DNA of 64,000 nucleotides. Source: a virus (taxonomy: Duplodnaviria; Heunggongvirae; Uroviricota; Caudoviricetes). Under the pieces are notes generated by a model. That model did no database searches. It worked only from the letters and a program-made list of their open reading frames with translations, and was not told where the DNA came from. The stretch spans positions 57,014 to 121,013 of the IMG/VR virus record IMGVR_UViG_3300037400_003188. One strand, written 5' to 3'. This document shows, in pieces, positions 38,622-48,592 of this stretch. The position numbers and the translations under genes were made by a program. Position 1 is the first letter of the stretch. Each line of letters starts with the position of its first letter.

Positions 38622-39398
38622 TCAAATATTACTAATTCTTTTATTTATTAAATTGTAATAATCATTATTTATTTCAATACCAACGTATTTTCTGTTTAGT
38701 TTCTTTGCAGCCAAAGCTGTTGTTCCACTACCAATAAATGGGTCTAAAACGATATCGCCATCATTACTCCATGATTTAATATGGTCCTCTATGAGGTTTT
38801 GTGGGAACACCGCTGGGTGTTCCGTTTTGTTTTGGGCAATAGCAAAATCCCATACATTTTCTTTAATTTTCTCTTTGTTAATATTGAATTCCTTATAAGT
38901 CCTTCCGTTCTCGCCTCCAATGTTCTTCGTAGTTGAATGGTATTTCTGATCAGCGCATTTACATGGGACCATTATCGGGTTAAAAGTCTTTGGCCTTCCC
39001 TTTGATAATATGAACATATATTCAAATACATCAGTGTAACGTGGTTGTTTGACAACTGGCATGGGATTTGTTTTCCTCCAACACATTACATCATTTACGT
39101 TAAACCCAATTTCTTGAAAATATAAGGCCTGACGAAATGACACCAATGTTTTGCCACCATTTTCTGTTTTATCATTAACAATCCATACAACTACACCCCC
39201 GTCTTTTGTTACTCTATATAACTCGTCCGCTATTTTTCTGAATTTATTATCATTCCAGGTTTCATTTGATAGCGTATTACCATAATGGCGAAGATCTGAG
39301 TATGGCGGGGATGTTATAGTTAAATCAATACATTTATCCTGAAAGTTATTTAGGATACTTTCTGCATCTCCTAAAAATATTTTATTTTCAATATCCAT
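38622..39398 (-). CDS. DNA methyltransferase (N4-cytosine / N6-adenine, beta class)
   Basis: Motif IV SPPY (DLTITSPPYSDL) lies before motif I (LDPFIGSGTTALAA), the order typical of the N-4/N-6 DNA methylase family. Confidence 0.85.
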   Translation of the reverse strand: MDIENKIFLGDAESILNNFQDKCIDLTITSPPYSDLRHYGNTLSNETWNDNKFRKIADELYRVTKDGGVVVWIVNDKTENGGKTLVSFRQALYFQEIGFNVNDVMCWRKTNPMPVVKQPRYTDVFEYMFILSKGRPKTFNPIMVPCKCADQKYHSTTKNIGGENGRTYKEFNINKEKIKENVWDFAIAQNKTEHPAVFPQNLIEDHIKSWSNDGDIVLDPFIGSGTTALAAKKLNRKYVGIEINNDYYNLINKRISNI

Positions 39399-40093
39399 TA
39401 ATCAAAACCAAGTATTAATCTATATTTGTGTAACTCTTGTGATAAACTATCAATTCTTGTCGTTGTCTTTATTCTTGAAAAATTCTTTTGTAATGCAGCC
39501 TCGTATGTTTCTGAACTGGCATATCTTTTGCCGTGCTTATTAACATATTTATCTAACATATCATATTCAGTCTTTCCATTTACAAGGTAGTCTCTCTTCA
39601 ATAGTTTTATGTATGGCTCGACACAATCATTTGGATGTACATATTTACCATTACTATTTATTGCATTATAATCATGACCGTCAAATGCAAATACATTAAA
39701 TACTGAGTTTGTTTTGCGCGCCAACCCAGTTGTGCCAAAATGTGACTCCTGTTCTGCCTGCGACAAAACAAAACAAATATCTATGTCGTTTTTGATACAA
39801 CTGTTAATAACTGCAAGACCACTCAATGATGAAGATGGGGCAGCTTTTTGAATATAGTTGTCGACCTCATTGAGTAATGCTAATTTGATACTATCATAAA
39901 TGAGTTTGTTGGTCTCATTGTATATTTCATATGTAGTATATTTATGATAAGCCCTCTTTACGTTAAATGCTGGATATATAATATAACCGATTACAAACAT
40001 AAAGGCCATAATGACAAACAAAAGTTTGTAATCGCCGCTGTTACCATCCCAGTACGCTTTAATTTTTTCAAAAAAGTTTTTCATATTATTCAC
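39398..40093 (-). CDS. putative peptidoglycan hydrolase (glucosaminidase-like) with an N-terminal transmembrane anchor
   Basis: 231 aa. N-terminal hydrophobic helix. AQAEQESHFGTTGLARKTNSVFNV resembles a FlgJ-type glucosaminidase motif. Confidence 0.45.
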   Translation of the reverse strand: MNNMKNFFEKIKAYWDGNSGDYKLLFVIMAFMFVIGYIIYPAFNVKRAYHKYTTYEIYNETNKLIYDSIKLALLNEVDNYIQKAAPSSSLSGLAVINSCIKNDIDICFVLSQAEQESHFGTTGLARKTNSVFNVFAFDGHDYNAINSNGKYVHPNDCVEPYIKLLKRDYLVNGKTEYDMLDKYVNKHGKRYASSETYEAALQKNFSRIKTTTRIDSLSQELHKYRLILGFD

Positions 40094-40370
40094 TTAGTAT
40101 AAAATTGCCTCGCATATAATCCAGGAAATTATATTTTTCTCCCTTCTTCGTATGTATAAATTTCACATTTTCTCCGTCCTCGTAATATTCGACCTTTGTT
40201 ACTGTATCTGTGTCCAAAATATTATAAGACTCATCATAAAATGATTCTTGCGGATAGAAAATTTCATCCCCGATATTAATTGAATTGAACTCTTCTTTCT
40301 TGTAGTGTCTGTAAATTAAAAACAAGACGAGCACAAGTACTAAAAATATTAATAAAATACCAAATCTCAT
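40086..40370 (-). CDS. small membrane protein
   Basis: 94 aa with an N-terminal transmembrane helix. Confidence 0.3.
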   Translation of the reverse strand: MRFGILLIFLVLVLVLFLIYRHYKKEEFNSINIGDEIFYPQESFYDESYNILDTDTVTKVEYYEDGENVKFIHTKKGEKYNFLDYMRGNFILSE

Positions 40371-40371
40371 A

Positions 40372-40854
40372 TTATTCTTCTACATTTACTCTTGCATATC
40401 TAATTATTTTTCCATCTTTTACCCTGTATCCTGGGGTTACGATCTCGGATATATATCCACTTTCAACTCTTTTATATTGTGTTCGATATACTGCCTCATG
40501 TAAATTGTAATCAAATTTATCGCCGACATGGCCATATTGCTCTATATTATATTTACCAAGCAACTTCGTTAATTCATTATTAATGATTTCAATTCCCTTA
40601 TCTTCTGGGCGGCCAAATTCTTCGGAATACAATTTCGAATTTAAAAAGCCTAATTCAACATCATCAACAATTGGTAGTAAATCTTTTACGAACTCATGTG
40701 TAGCCTCACTCTTAATACGCTCTATTTCTACATTCTTTCGACGTTTGTAGTTTTCGAAATCGGCAAGTACCCTTAAATATTTATCCTTATAATCAACGAC
40801 TTCCTCTTGAATATTTTCTTGTTCAGCCATAATATTAATTTTGTCGATTTTCAT
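40372..40854 (-). CDS. grpE: GrpE-like nucleotide exchange factor
   Basis: 160 aa. LRVLADFENYKRRKNVEIE matches the GrpE signature (RxxAEFENxRKRxxRE), and the length fits GrpE. Confidence 0.6.
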   Translation of the reverse strand: MKIDKINIMAEQENIQEEVVDYKDKYLRVLADFENYKRRKNVEIERIKSEATHEFVKDLLPIVDDVELGFLNSKLYSEEFGRPEDKGIEIINNELTKLLGKYNIEQYGHVGDKFDYNLHEAVYRTQYKRVESGYISEIVTPGYRVKDGKIIRYARVNVEE

Positions 40855-41548
40855 TAACTTTCTTTATTTCTTGTTCATATGCAAGCCTGAGTTTCTTTGC
40901 CTCATTTAAATACCATTTTTCTTTTTCCAGATCTTGCATTATTGGGTTTTCTGGCTTTGTACCCATCCGCATGCGATACTTGAACGCCGTCATTTCACAC
41001 CAAAGTGCTGTCTTTTCTGCCCCCCATATTCCCTTCATCATTGCAATTACTTCTACTGAGTAATTATTATAATGAGATGGGTGATTTACCATTTCATATT
41101 TGTCTTTGCACTCTGGATTTGAGCATATGACCTGTCCGTCCTCATCTATAATATCAAAGTATGGGGTGTGCTTTTCTCCATCTCTCACGACATCAGTGTT
41201 TTCTAAAAGTTTATCAAAATCTTCTGGTAGAGTAAAATGAAACTCTTTAACCAGCGTTTTATATGGATGTTTAACGTCAACATAAACTCTAAAATTATTA
41301 GTGTTAATTACAGTTGGCGGATTATTTGTTTCGTCACACGTAAGTAAAAATACGCATCCATCAATTAGATTATTTTCAATAACAGTTTTTGCATAAGTGT
41401 TTAATAAATACTTAGTGCCATCGAAACCATTTAAAATACTACTAATTGGTTCTATCGGGTATTTGTCTAAGATTCTTTTAAAACCGCGCAATAAACCTAA
41501 ATAGGTTTCATGATAATTATGTCCTTCTTTAAAAAAATTGTCTTCCAT
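40835..41548 (-). CDS. hypothetical protein
   Basis: 237-aa ORF. Confidence 0.4.
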   Translation of the reverse strand: MEDNFFKEGHNYHETYLGLLRGFKRILDKYPIEPISSILNGFDGTKYLLNTYAKTVIENNLIDGCVFLLTCDETNNPPTVINTNNFRVYVDVKHPYKTLVKEFHFTLPEDFDKLLENTDVVRDGEKHTPYFDIIDEDGQVICSNPECKDKYEMVNHPSHYNNYSVEVIAMMKGIWGAEKTALWCEMTAFKYRMRMGTKPENPIMQDLEKEKWYLNEAKKLRLAYEQEIKKVNENRQN

Positions 41549-41564
41549 ATATTCAAATATACAT

Positions 41565-42167
41565 TTATTTTAATATTTTATTTATTTCTTCAATTACGTG
41601 AGCAAAATCACTTTCGTTATTTTCAAATTTGCATGTATCACCGTCAATAGTAACAACATTACCCTGATACTTAGAAATCCAGTCATTGTACTTATTATTC
41701 AAGTTAGATAAATAGTCAATAGACATAGTTGATTCACATCCTCTATTTCTCTTCTCAATCTGGTTGACCAAATTTCCAATGCTTGATTGAATGTAGATAA
41801 CAAGGTCTGGTTGTGGAACCAATTTGATCATTATATCAAATAACTCAGTATAGAGGATAAAATCTCTCTCACTCAAATTACCCTGCTCATAAAGTGTCGG
41901 CGCAAATATATACCTATCTTCAAATGCGCAACGGTCTTGAATTACTGTTTCTCCAGACTTCGAGATGTCCATAATATCATGAATTCGCTTGTTCATGAAA
42001 TAAACCTGAAGGTCAAAAGACCAACGTTTCATATCCTTATAAAAATCATCAAGATAAGGATTGTCTTCTACGGATTCAAATCTAGGTTCCCATCCGTAAT
42101 GTTTCGCAAGCATATTTGTCAATGTCGTTTTGCCTGCACCAATATTTCCAACAACTGCTATATACAT
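41565..42167 (-). CDS. deoxynucleoside kinase
   Basis: 200 aa. N-terminal P-loop YIAVVGNIGAGKTT and dNK-family architecture. Confidence 0.7.
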   Translation of the reverse strand: MYIAVVGNIGAGKTTLTNMLAKHYGWEPRFESVEDNPYLDDFYKDMKRWSFDLQVYFMNKRIHDIMDISKSGETVIQDRCAFEDRYIFAPTLYEQGNLSERDFILYTELFDIMIKLVPQPDLVIYIQSSIGNLVNQIEKRNRGCESTMSIDYLSNLNNKYNDWISKYQGNVVTIDGDTCKFENNESDFAHVIEEINKILK

Positions 42168-42168
42168 C

Positions 42169-42528
42169 TTACTTCGGTAATAAAATATGTTTCTTTATTT
42201 CATGTGCTATCTTCTCTAATGTTTCTTCTCGATTATCAATAGTTCCGCCATATTCATCATCTTCATCTTCTTGATAAAATACGTTATCCCATTGTATTTC
42301 TCCATTAATAACTGGATGCGCTCTTAATTGACCGTAGCGTTTTCTAACATAAGCGACATATTGATCATGAAAAAAGACATCATATTGTTCTGGGCACATA
42401 GAACATGTACAAACGAAATCTACACCATTAATAGTGATTTTATCATTATCTTCATTAAATAGACTACTATCAAGTAATCTGTCAATTACGTCTGATAATT
42501 TCTCTGGATTTTTGTGCTCGTCTATCAT
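42169..42528 (-). CDS. hypothetical protein
   Basis: 119-aa ORF. Confidence 0.4.
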   Translation of the reverse strand: MIDEHKNPEKLSDVIDRLLDSSLFNEDNDKITINGVDFVCTCSMCPEQYDVFFHDQYVAYVRKRYGQLRAHPVINGEIQWDNVFYQEDEDDEYGGTIDNREETLEKIAHEIKKHILLPK

Positions 42529-43004
42529 AATAAAACTTTTGCTATTATACCTTCTCCGTTTATTTCTTTAATCTCAAAAATATCTCCTGGTTTGCAACTC
42601 TCATATATGGTTACTACAATGTCCGTACTATTTTCATCCTGTAGTTTCCCCAAATATTGTCCTGGACCATATAACGATGATACAACGCCTCGTTTCCCTA
42701 TTAATTCATCCGTTGTATATTGAGCGCTGTCATCATATAACCTTGTCTCCCTATTCAATACGGCCGCCAAAGAAAACGAAACAATAATTCCAATCACTAA
42801 TGATAGGAGAATCGTCCACCATGTAACTAACCCATTAAATAGAACAAAACTAAGCGAAATGCCAGATAAGAAATAAACAAATAGATTAACTAATAATTCT
42901 ACATTCTTATTCTTTGGTTTGTAATCATACTGCTTACCCATAACAATAGCCGAAACGACTATTATCATTACCAAAAAGAATATATAATACCAAGATACTG
43001 TCAT
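42525..43004 (-). CDS. NfeD-like membrane protein
   Basis: 159 aa. Three to four N-terminal transmembrane helices and a C-terminal beta-rich segment (GKRGVVSS...GDIFEIKEINGEGIIAKVL) resembling the NfeD short form. Confidence 0.4.
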   Translation of the reverse strand: MTVSWYYIFFLVMIIVVSAIVMGKQYDYKPKNKNVELLVNLFVYFLSGISLSFVLFNGLVTWWTILLSLVIGIIVSFSLAAVLNRETRLYDDSAQYTTDELIGKRGVVSSLYGPGQYLGKLQDENSTDIVVTIYESCKPGDIFEIKEINGEGIIAKVLL

Positions 43005-43019
43005 ATTTCACATTATATT

Positions 43020-43040
43020 TCAATACAAATATACAAAAAA
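43020..43040 (-). promoter_or_regulatory. class-A promoter-like motif
   Basis: The plus strand reads caatacaaatatacaaaaaata. Confidence 0.4.
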
Positions 43041-43087
43041 TAATTCAAATGATCAAAAAATGCCACGCAAATTCGCGTAGCATCTAG

Positions 43088-43161
43088 TACTGCAACTGAG
43101 ATTCGAACTCAGAATCTTCACCTTGAGAGGGTGACGGCTTAACCATTTCGCCTATAGCAGC
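43088..43161 (-). tRNA. tRNA-Glu(CTC)
   Basis: T-arm CTGAG-ATTCGAA-CTCAG. Anticodon stem TCACC/GGTGA with sense loop CTCTCAA. Confidence 0.5.
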
Positions 43162-43355
43162 ATATATAACCCACAACAACAGTGATCCTTCAACCTATAA
43201 TTTGAACACGGACAATGTTTGTCCTCACTATCATTCATACATGGGCAATTACCTTCGCACTTATTAATCCTATTAATTATAGCATTTACAACCTTTTCGT
43301 TTGGATTTAATATCCAACCATCCTTACAATTTAATCTCGCCTCATTTATTGTCAT
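43152..43355 (-). CDS. small Cys-rich protein between two tRNA genes
   Basis: ORF 43152..43397 trimmed to MTINEARL, because the annotated start lies inside tRNA-Arg. The protein contains CEGNCPCMNDSEDKHCPCSNYRLKDHCCCG. Confidence 0.35.
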   Translation of the reverse strand: MTINEARLNCKDGWILNPNEKVVNAIINRINKCEGNCPCMNDSEDKHCPCSNYRLKDHCCCGLYMLL

Positions 43356-43370
43356 TTTAAACAGTTTTTG

Positions 43371-43445
43371 TACCCCAGGAGAGGGTCGAACTCCCATTCT
43401 TGTCCTTCGTAGGGACCTGCGTTAAATCCATTGCGCCACTGGGGC
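43371..43445 (-). tRNA. tRNA-Arg(ACG)
   Basis: T-loop GGTCGAA (sense TTCGACC). Anticodon hairpin GTCC-TTCGTAG-GGAC, sense loop CTACGAA. Confidence 0.5.
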
Positions 43446-43468
43446 AAATTTAACGTATTGGCTAAAGA

Positions 43469-44236
43469 TTATTTATCATCTTGTAACGTTATCCTATTTC
43501 TGTGAAACCTATATGATTTCTTATTTAAAGAGCCAAAATTATCAGTTAATGTATGACAATTTGGGCATAATAATTCTAAATTATTGATTGTGTTATTAGT
43601 ACAATTTCCGTCTTTATGATGAATTTCTAATTGTATAGTATGAGTGTATTGATTCATTTCACCCCATCCACATTTTTGACATTTACAATCATATTTATTC
43701 ATTAGATATTTACGTATAAATAGTGGTATCTGTGTGGCTCCTCGTAGAAAATTTTCCCCATTCAGCCATCTTTTTATTTTATTCTTTTCATCAAATTCGT
43801 TTTTGCATTTGTTACAACAAAAATCTTTATTTCCGATAAATAACTTTCCGCATTGTTTACACGTTTTTAGTTCCTTTTTATTTTTTTGGGACAGCGTATT
43901 TGATGTTTTTAACCTCGATTCAATTGAACGCGTTCTATTAAAATTATTATAAGAGGCAGAACATGATTTTGAACAAAATTTATTATCACGCTGTTGATAT
44001 GATAATTTTTTCCCACAATACTTACAATATAATGGTTTATTATTATAATCTTCTTCAGTTATTTTCTTATCTATATAATCATATATATTAATATCAAAAT
44101 GTTTGATAACTTTTTCTATGAATCTATAGCCACTTCCATTATTTTTATATCCAAATTTTCGCAAAAAATCCATTTTTGTTTTACATTCTCGTAAAACATT
44201 AATAACTTCATCTTTTTTTATTTCGTTTATATCCAT
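43469..44236 (-). CDS. HNH homing endonuclease
   Basis: 255 aa, Cys-rich. HNH motif LEIHHKDGNCTNN...NLELLCPNCH. Confidence 0.8.
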   Translation of the reverse strand: MDINEIKKDEVINVLRECKTKMDFLRKFGYKNNGSGYRFIEKVIKHFDINIYDYIDKKITEEDYNNKPLYCKYCGKKLSYQQRDNKFCSKSCSASYNNFNRTRSIESRLKTSNTLSQKNKKELKTCKQCGKLFIGNKDFCCNKCKNEFDEKNKIKRWLNGENFLRGATQIPLFIRKYLMNKYDCKCQKCGWGEMNQYTHTIQLEIHHKDGNCTNNTINNLELLCPNCHTLTDNFGSLNKKSYRFHRNRITLQDDK

Positions 44237-44371
44237 GATTTATATCGTATTTATATATAAATATTTTTTTTGGGTGTAAAAAACTGACTGAAACCTTTAT
44301 TTTTACATTCTTTTTTCAATAAAATATATGTTCGAATAATAATAATAAACACCGTTGTGTTAATTTAAAAG

Positions 44372-44443
44372 GGGTCTGTGGTGGAGTCGAACCACCGTAT
44401 TGACGGCCACAACGTCACATTCTACCGTTAAACTAACAAACCC
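44372..44443 (-). tRNA. tRNA-His(GTG)
   Basis: T-arm GGTGG-AGTCGAA-CCACC. Anticodon stem TGACG/CGTCA with sense loop TTGTGGC. An extra 5' G (-1) is encoded, as in His tRNAs. Confidence 0.6.
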
Positions 44444-44564
44444 ATAAAAATACTCTCAGGGACGAACCAAATTTCAAAGAGTGACGTCAAATTCTTCTAA
44501 TTTCTGCATGTGGTGTTTTCTGGCACCCACAAGGTTTGAGAATATTAAATTTATATAGTAAAAG

Positions 44565-44652
44565 TAGGGGAAAAGGGGGTCGAACCCTTACACTACTATT
44601 ACTTCGCATATGCTTCTAAGGCATACATGTCTACCTATTCCATCATTCCCCC
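44565..44652 (-). tRNA. tRNA-Leu(TAG), type II
   Basis: T-arm AAGGG-GGTCGAA-CCCTT. Anticodon stem TATGC/GCATA with sense loop CTTAGAA. The variable arm is long. Confidence 0.6.
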
Positions 44653-44660
44653 ATATTTTG

Positions 44661-44731
44661 AGCGAACACCGAGGTTCGAACTCGGCTAACTGACTTGGGA
44701 AGCCAGAGCACTACCGCTATGCTATATTCGC
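44661..44731 (-). tRNA. tRNA-Gly(CCC)
   Basis: T-arm CCGAG-GTTCGAA-CTCGG. D-arm AGCA/TGCT. Anticodon stem CTGGC/GTCAG with loop TTCCCAA. Confidence 0.6.
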
Positions 44732-44998
44732 AATTAAAGAACACTGATTAACTGGTTCAGTGTTCGAAACCTCTGTAAATCTCTTACACTTGGTAAAAGA
44801 CAATAAGATTTACCACAGACGCGCTGGGACTCGAACCCATTCGCTTACCTAGGAACTACCAGGACATGCCTTCTACTCGCACTGTTTCTCCCGAACTAGT
44901 AAACGCACCTAACTGGCAAATCTGTTTTTAAAAGCAGGGCTAGAAATTCTTCATGGAATTCTCAACCCCGAAATGAATGTATTTGTACATCCAAGAAG

Positions 44999-45086
44999 CG
45001 GAGAGACAGAGGCTCGAACTCTGGCACGGTATCACCCGCCTAACACGTTAGCAATGTGTCCCCTTCACCAACTTGGGTACCTCTCC
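44999..45086 (-). tRNA. tRNA-Ser(GCT), type II
   Basis: T-arm CAGAG-GCTCGAA-CTCTG. Sense anticodon loop TTGCTAA. The variable arm is long (AGGCGGGTGATACCGTGC). Confidence 0.5.
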
Positions 45087-45194
45087 AATATTTCAACAAT
45101 ATGTTTCTGTTGGCCTTTCTCTTTACTCCCTACTCGTTCTCCTCGGCCTGTTTCTGTTTATGTTGAAAATATAACTAACTTATTATTAATATTA

Positions 45195-45290
45195 TGCGGA
45201 TACTCCCCGACTCGAACGGAGACCACGCTATCAACGTGTACTGGTGGTTTTCCTTACTACTCTATGTTTCCATAGCCAACCCATGTTATC
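45195..45290 (-). tRNA. tRNA-like gene with an inserted about-20-nt hairpin (CTATGGAAACATAG)
   Basis: Canonical T-arm CTCCG-TTCGAGT-CGGGG and plausible acceptor pairing, but about 64 nt lie between the acceptor and the T-arm. Confidence 0.25.
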
Positions 45291-45339
45291 CGTTACAGGG
45301 TTCCCGCTTGTTATCGCAAAGAACATCTTTGTTCATTGT

Positions 45340-45700
45340 TTTTCGGGAGTTGTTGTAGTCTGGACTCTATCTTAACCATATTAGAATCTTGCAAGATGTA
45401 TATTGTGTTACAGGATGGGGTTGCTGCACCATCTCTTACCGTATTGCTTCTATCGCATAATATACAATTCTAACTTAGGTTTCTCCTGTATAGTCTCTAC
45501 ACACTGTCTCTTATTGTTCTGGTCTGATTTGATGTTCTATTACGTACATCATATTGCAATGCACCACCAGCGTAGTTATCCAACAATAACATTGGCTCGG
45601 TATTAACATATTCATTTCTGAACTTAGTCTTCGCCGAATTAGGGAGGTTCTACTCTATAAGTTTCCTTATAGGCACTCAAATTGTTTAAGACCACTGCCT
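45340..45700 (-). repeat. about-360-bp noncoding element, copy 1 (paralog of 52790-53150)
   Basis: Shared blocks with copy 2: gttgtagtctggactct...catattagaatcttgcaagat, ttctaacttaggtttctcctgta...ctctacacactgtct, acattggctcggtatta, ccgaattagggaggttctact, cactcaaatt. Confidence 0.5.
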
Positions 45701-45861
45701 TACCAATTAGGCTTAAGTATCCAAAAAATTAAATAACACTTATTATGTATTACCGTTTAGATGTAGGCGTATTGGAGTCAAACCATTGTTCAGTGTGAGC
45801 ATCAGTCGTTCAATGCTTCTCGCCCCAACCTAAGTAATACTTTTAATATTTTTAGGTTTTT

Positions 45862-45886
45862 CAAGTTGTTTCCTTCAACTATAAAT
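45862..45886. repeat. hairpin motif AAGTTGTTTCCTTCAACTATAAA, copy 1
   Basis: Stem AGTTG/CAACT with loop TTTCCTT, followed by TATAAA. It is preceded by a T-run. Five copies lie in the tRNA region. Confidence 0.5.
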
Positions 45887-46106
45887 TTTGTTATCCTCGT
45901 GTCATACGGCATCGTTTCACCAAAGTTAAACCAGACAGTACTAAGGTAACTAAACGTCTTTGGGTTCGCTACATAAAGAATTACCAATATGTCAATCGTA
46001 CTATAGGAATGTCGCTTCCTACGCCTTAAGGTATATGATGCATTGTTTCACCCTACATCCCACATATAACCTTAGATAACAAATTTGGGTTTTAAAGTCG
46101 TTATAG

Positions 46107-46180
46107 TACCTCCTGCTGGATTCGAACCTGCACTACATAGATTCTTAGTCTATTACCTCTTCCAATTGGATTAAGGAGGT
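46107..46180 (-). tRNA. tRNA with AAG anticodon, type-I architecture
   Basis: The acceptor arms ACCTCCT / AGGAGGT are perfectly complementary. T-loop ATTCGAA. Anticodon stem ATAGA/TCTAT with sense loop CTAAGAA. Confidence 0.45.
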
Positions 46181-47065
46181 ATAAAAACACCGCTTTCTGA
46201 TACGTAATCTCCAGGTGTGTATTAAAAATAATACTGAGCAGGGTTTACTCATTTAAGTGTTCCTCACACATACATGAGCACTGACTTTTACATTCCGTGC
46301 AGAAGGTGGTAACTAGTATTGTCCTCACTTCAAAACCTGACAAAGGTTCCTTACATACCTCGCGATATATAATCAGTATTATAAAAGTTAAGTTAGATTC
46401 GTGATGCGCTCTATTATTCGCAACACCTCTTTACGGACAATTTGATAATTCCAATGATACGGATGATTCAACATATTCTCGCTAACCTTTCATAGCGCTT
46501 CATGCATCATTAAAAATTAACAAATAGAAAAGAATATTCCGTTACAACTAATTCGTTTGTCACTCCTCTTATTAGATATGAGATTGTCCTCTAGGCAGTT
46601 TTTTACAATCCCGAATTAGTAACCTGCAAAGAATGCCTCCCTATACAGGTAAGAATAATAGACTTCTTCCTCTAACTTTAGAGACTGTGACAGGACTTGA
46701 ACCTGTATTCTTTACTAACTTACTTTACCTCGCCAAAGGTGATGCAGCCGTTTACCACCTGTTCCAGATGGTGTCAATCATCATAAGTGTTCATTCTTAT
46801 CCAATGTCGGGGTGTTATTATATTTGGCGTATATAATATCCTTCCTACACAGCCTTATGGTTGCAAACTACGACTTCCACGTAACTAATCCCCCATGATT
46901 ATGGGACCGTGCTTGATCCTCCCAACCTTGTTCTTACTAGGGCTATGCACTGTACATTACACAACCACTTCATACTAAAGGACACCATCCAGACTAATTA
47001 GCACCTGCAGTATTGCTAACCGTACATCTGAAATTTTACGGGCACATATTACACCAATTCGCGAG

Positions 47066-47141
47066 TGGATCGGGTGGGGTTCGAACCCACAGACCTTCTG
47101 AATGCAAATCAGACGTTCTAGCCAATTGGAACTACCAACCC
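47066..47141 (-). tRNA. tRNA-Cys(GCA)
   Basis: T-arm GTGGG-GTTCGAA-CCCAC. D-arm GTTC/GAAC. Anticodon stem TCTGA/TCAGA with sense loop TTTGCAT. Confidence 0.55.
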
Positions 47142-47366
47142 AAGGTGCAAGTTTTCGAATTTAGGGTTACACGAAACTCGCTAATATTAACCTTTTCAAG
47201 AATAAGAATGACTAGTTCCTATTTTGTCTTGTCAACCAATTTATTTAGGCCCTTTCCCATGTACCACTTCAACTCTTCTTTAAGTTATCATATAGTTAGT
47301 CAAACTATTACTTTCACTTAACGTGGAGCAACCTGCTTAATTGGTAATACGTGTTGCTTCAGATTG

Positions 47367-47454
47367 CTTCTGGAACGGGACTCGAACCCGCAACGGCCTC
47401 TCGGCTCTCTCTAGCGTGACAGGCTAGCATGTTGACCATTTACACCATCCAGAA
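47367..47454 (-). tRNA. type-II-like tRNA with GTC (Asp) anticodon
   Basis: The acceptor arms TTCTGGA / TCCAGAA are perfectly complementary. T-loop ACTCGAA. Anticodon stem CTAGC/GCTAG with loop CTGTCAC. The variable arm is about 19 nt. Confidence 0.4.
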
Positions 47455-47598
47455 ATTTTAGTTATAATTATTTAGAGTTGCCACAACTAACAACTTTCTT
47501 ACCCCAAGCGTCTACCATTTCGTCATCTAGAACTATGTCCTAGAGGAGAACTCAAACCTAACATACATACATGCTTCCTCGAAGTCTGATAGTCTTTG

Positions 47599-47671
47599 TG
47601 GCCCCAATTTGATTCGAACAAATGTGACGACTTTGTAAGAGTCGCATACTCAACCACTATATGATGGGACC
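47599..47671 (-). tRNA. tRNA-Val(TAC)
   Basis: T-arm ATTTG-ATTCGAA-CAAAT. Anticodon stem CGACT/AGTCG with sense loop CTTACAA. Confidence 0.6.
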
Positions 47672-47838
47672 AAAATTAGAAAATTTTAGAGGCTAACACC
47701 ATTCTATCCAATGAGATGTTATTTAAGATTTGTTAACGGGAGTTTCCTCCAAGACCATTGTACACTAGTCACGTTCGGGCTGCGTCTTTAGTTTACCGTA
47801 CACCTCTCCAGTTTGTACATACTGGAATATTTTCATTG

Positions 47839-47910
47839 TACCGAGAGATGGATTTGAACCACCGACTATTCGCGTATGAGACGAATGTTCTGCCACTGAA
47901 CTATCTCGGC
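47839..47910 (-). tRNA. tRNA with CAT anticodon (Met or Ile2)
   Basis: T-loop ATTTGAA. Sense anticodon loop CTCATAC. The acceptor arms ACCGAGA / TCTCGGC are near-complementary. Confidence 0.5.
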
Positions 47911-48058
47911 ATTTGTAGGCAAAATAGGAGTCGAACCTACGTGTAACCAACTACTCTTTCTACTCGGTATCAGCGAGAGGAGATATTTGCCTATACACAC
48001 TGCCTAAAGGGAACTTGACAACTGACAGTGTTCGCGCATAAGTTATCTAACCTCATTG

Positions 48059-48129
48059 TTGCCCCACGAGGAGTCGGACCTCGCTTTTCAGAACCAAAAT
48101 CTGACGTAATACCGATATACCATAAGGCA
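48059..48129 (-). tRNA. tRNA-Gln(TTG)
   Basis: T-arm CGAGG-AGTCGGA-CCTCG. Anticodon stem TCAGA/TCTGA with sense loop TTTTGGT. Confidence 0.55.
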
Positions 48130-48164
48130 AGATTTAGTTCATATTGTTTTGTAAGGGAGACGAA

Positions 48165-48240
48165 CCTTTCGGACTCGAACCGAATTCACTAAAGAGCATC
48201 ACTTAAACCTCTGCCAATGCTTAAGTCCGACCCAAAAAAC
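48165..48240 (-). ncRNA. tRNA-like element E1 (paralog of 51285-51365)
   Basis: T-arm-like hairpin TTCGG-ACTCGAA-CCGAA. TCGGACT/AGTCCGA are perfectly complementary over 7 nt. Shared blocks with E2: ttcactaa.agcatcac and tgccaatgcttaa. No canonical cloverleaf found. Confidence 0.3.
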
Positions 48241-48592
48241 AATACACGATTTTATAGGTGATCGACCTATCACTCTGAACGGTAAATCTTAAACCAAGTG
48301 TCCATATCTCTATAGCCAGATACCAGCATCAGGTCTTATTGACCATCAGTCAACCTGTGATTAGTAGGATTTATGTCCGTCTTTCCAGAGTGTCATATGT
48401 GAGCCATAACCTCCCCCTCGGATTTCTCTTTCATTGGGGGTACCCTTCAGCAATAATTGGGCCGCTGGTTTTTACAAGTTGTCCTTCTTATTTAGTCATA
48501 GTATTTGCATATTTAAGGGTTGCGACCCCTCGTGTACGGTCTGCCTCCGCCCTATGTTAGAAACTATAACTAATTGGTTATCAATAAGTTAG

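Noticed and set aside
40372-40854. Alternative reading of 40372..40854 as a peptidyl-tRNA hydrolase or generic coiled-coil protein
   Set aside because: The ADFENYKRRKNVEIE block is a close match to the GrpE signature, and the protein has GrpE-like length and an N-terminal coiled coil. I kept the GrpE call, but at moderate confidence only.
44750-44990. Possible tRNA with T-arm TGGG-ACTCGAA-CCCA near 44810-44900
   Set aside because: The T-arm is plausible, but I found no complementary 5' acceptor arm and no anticodon arm. It could be a degenerate or intron-containing tRNA. I left it unannotated rather than guess.
47013-47950. ORFs 47013..47321 (+), 47758..47946 (+) and 47765..47950 (-) in the big tRNA array
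   Set aside because: Each spans one or more tRNA genes (Cys, Met). Translation products include tRNA-arm peptides such as SSVAEHS and RTHR. They are not coding.
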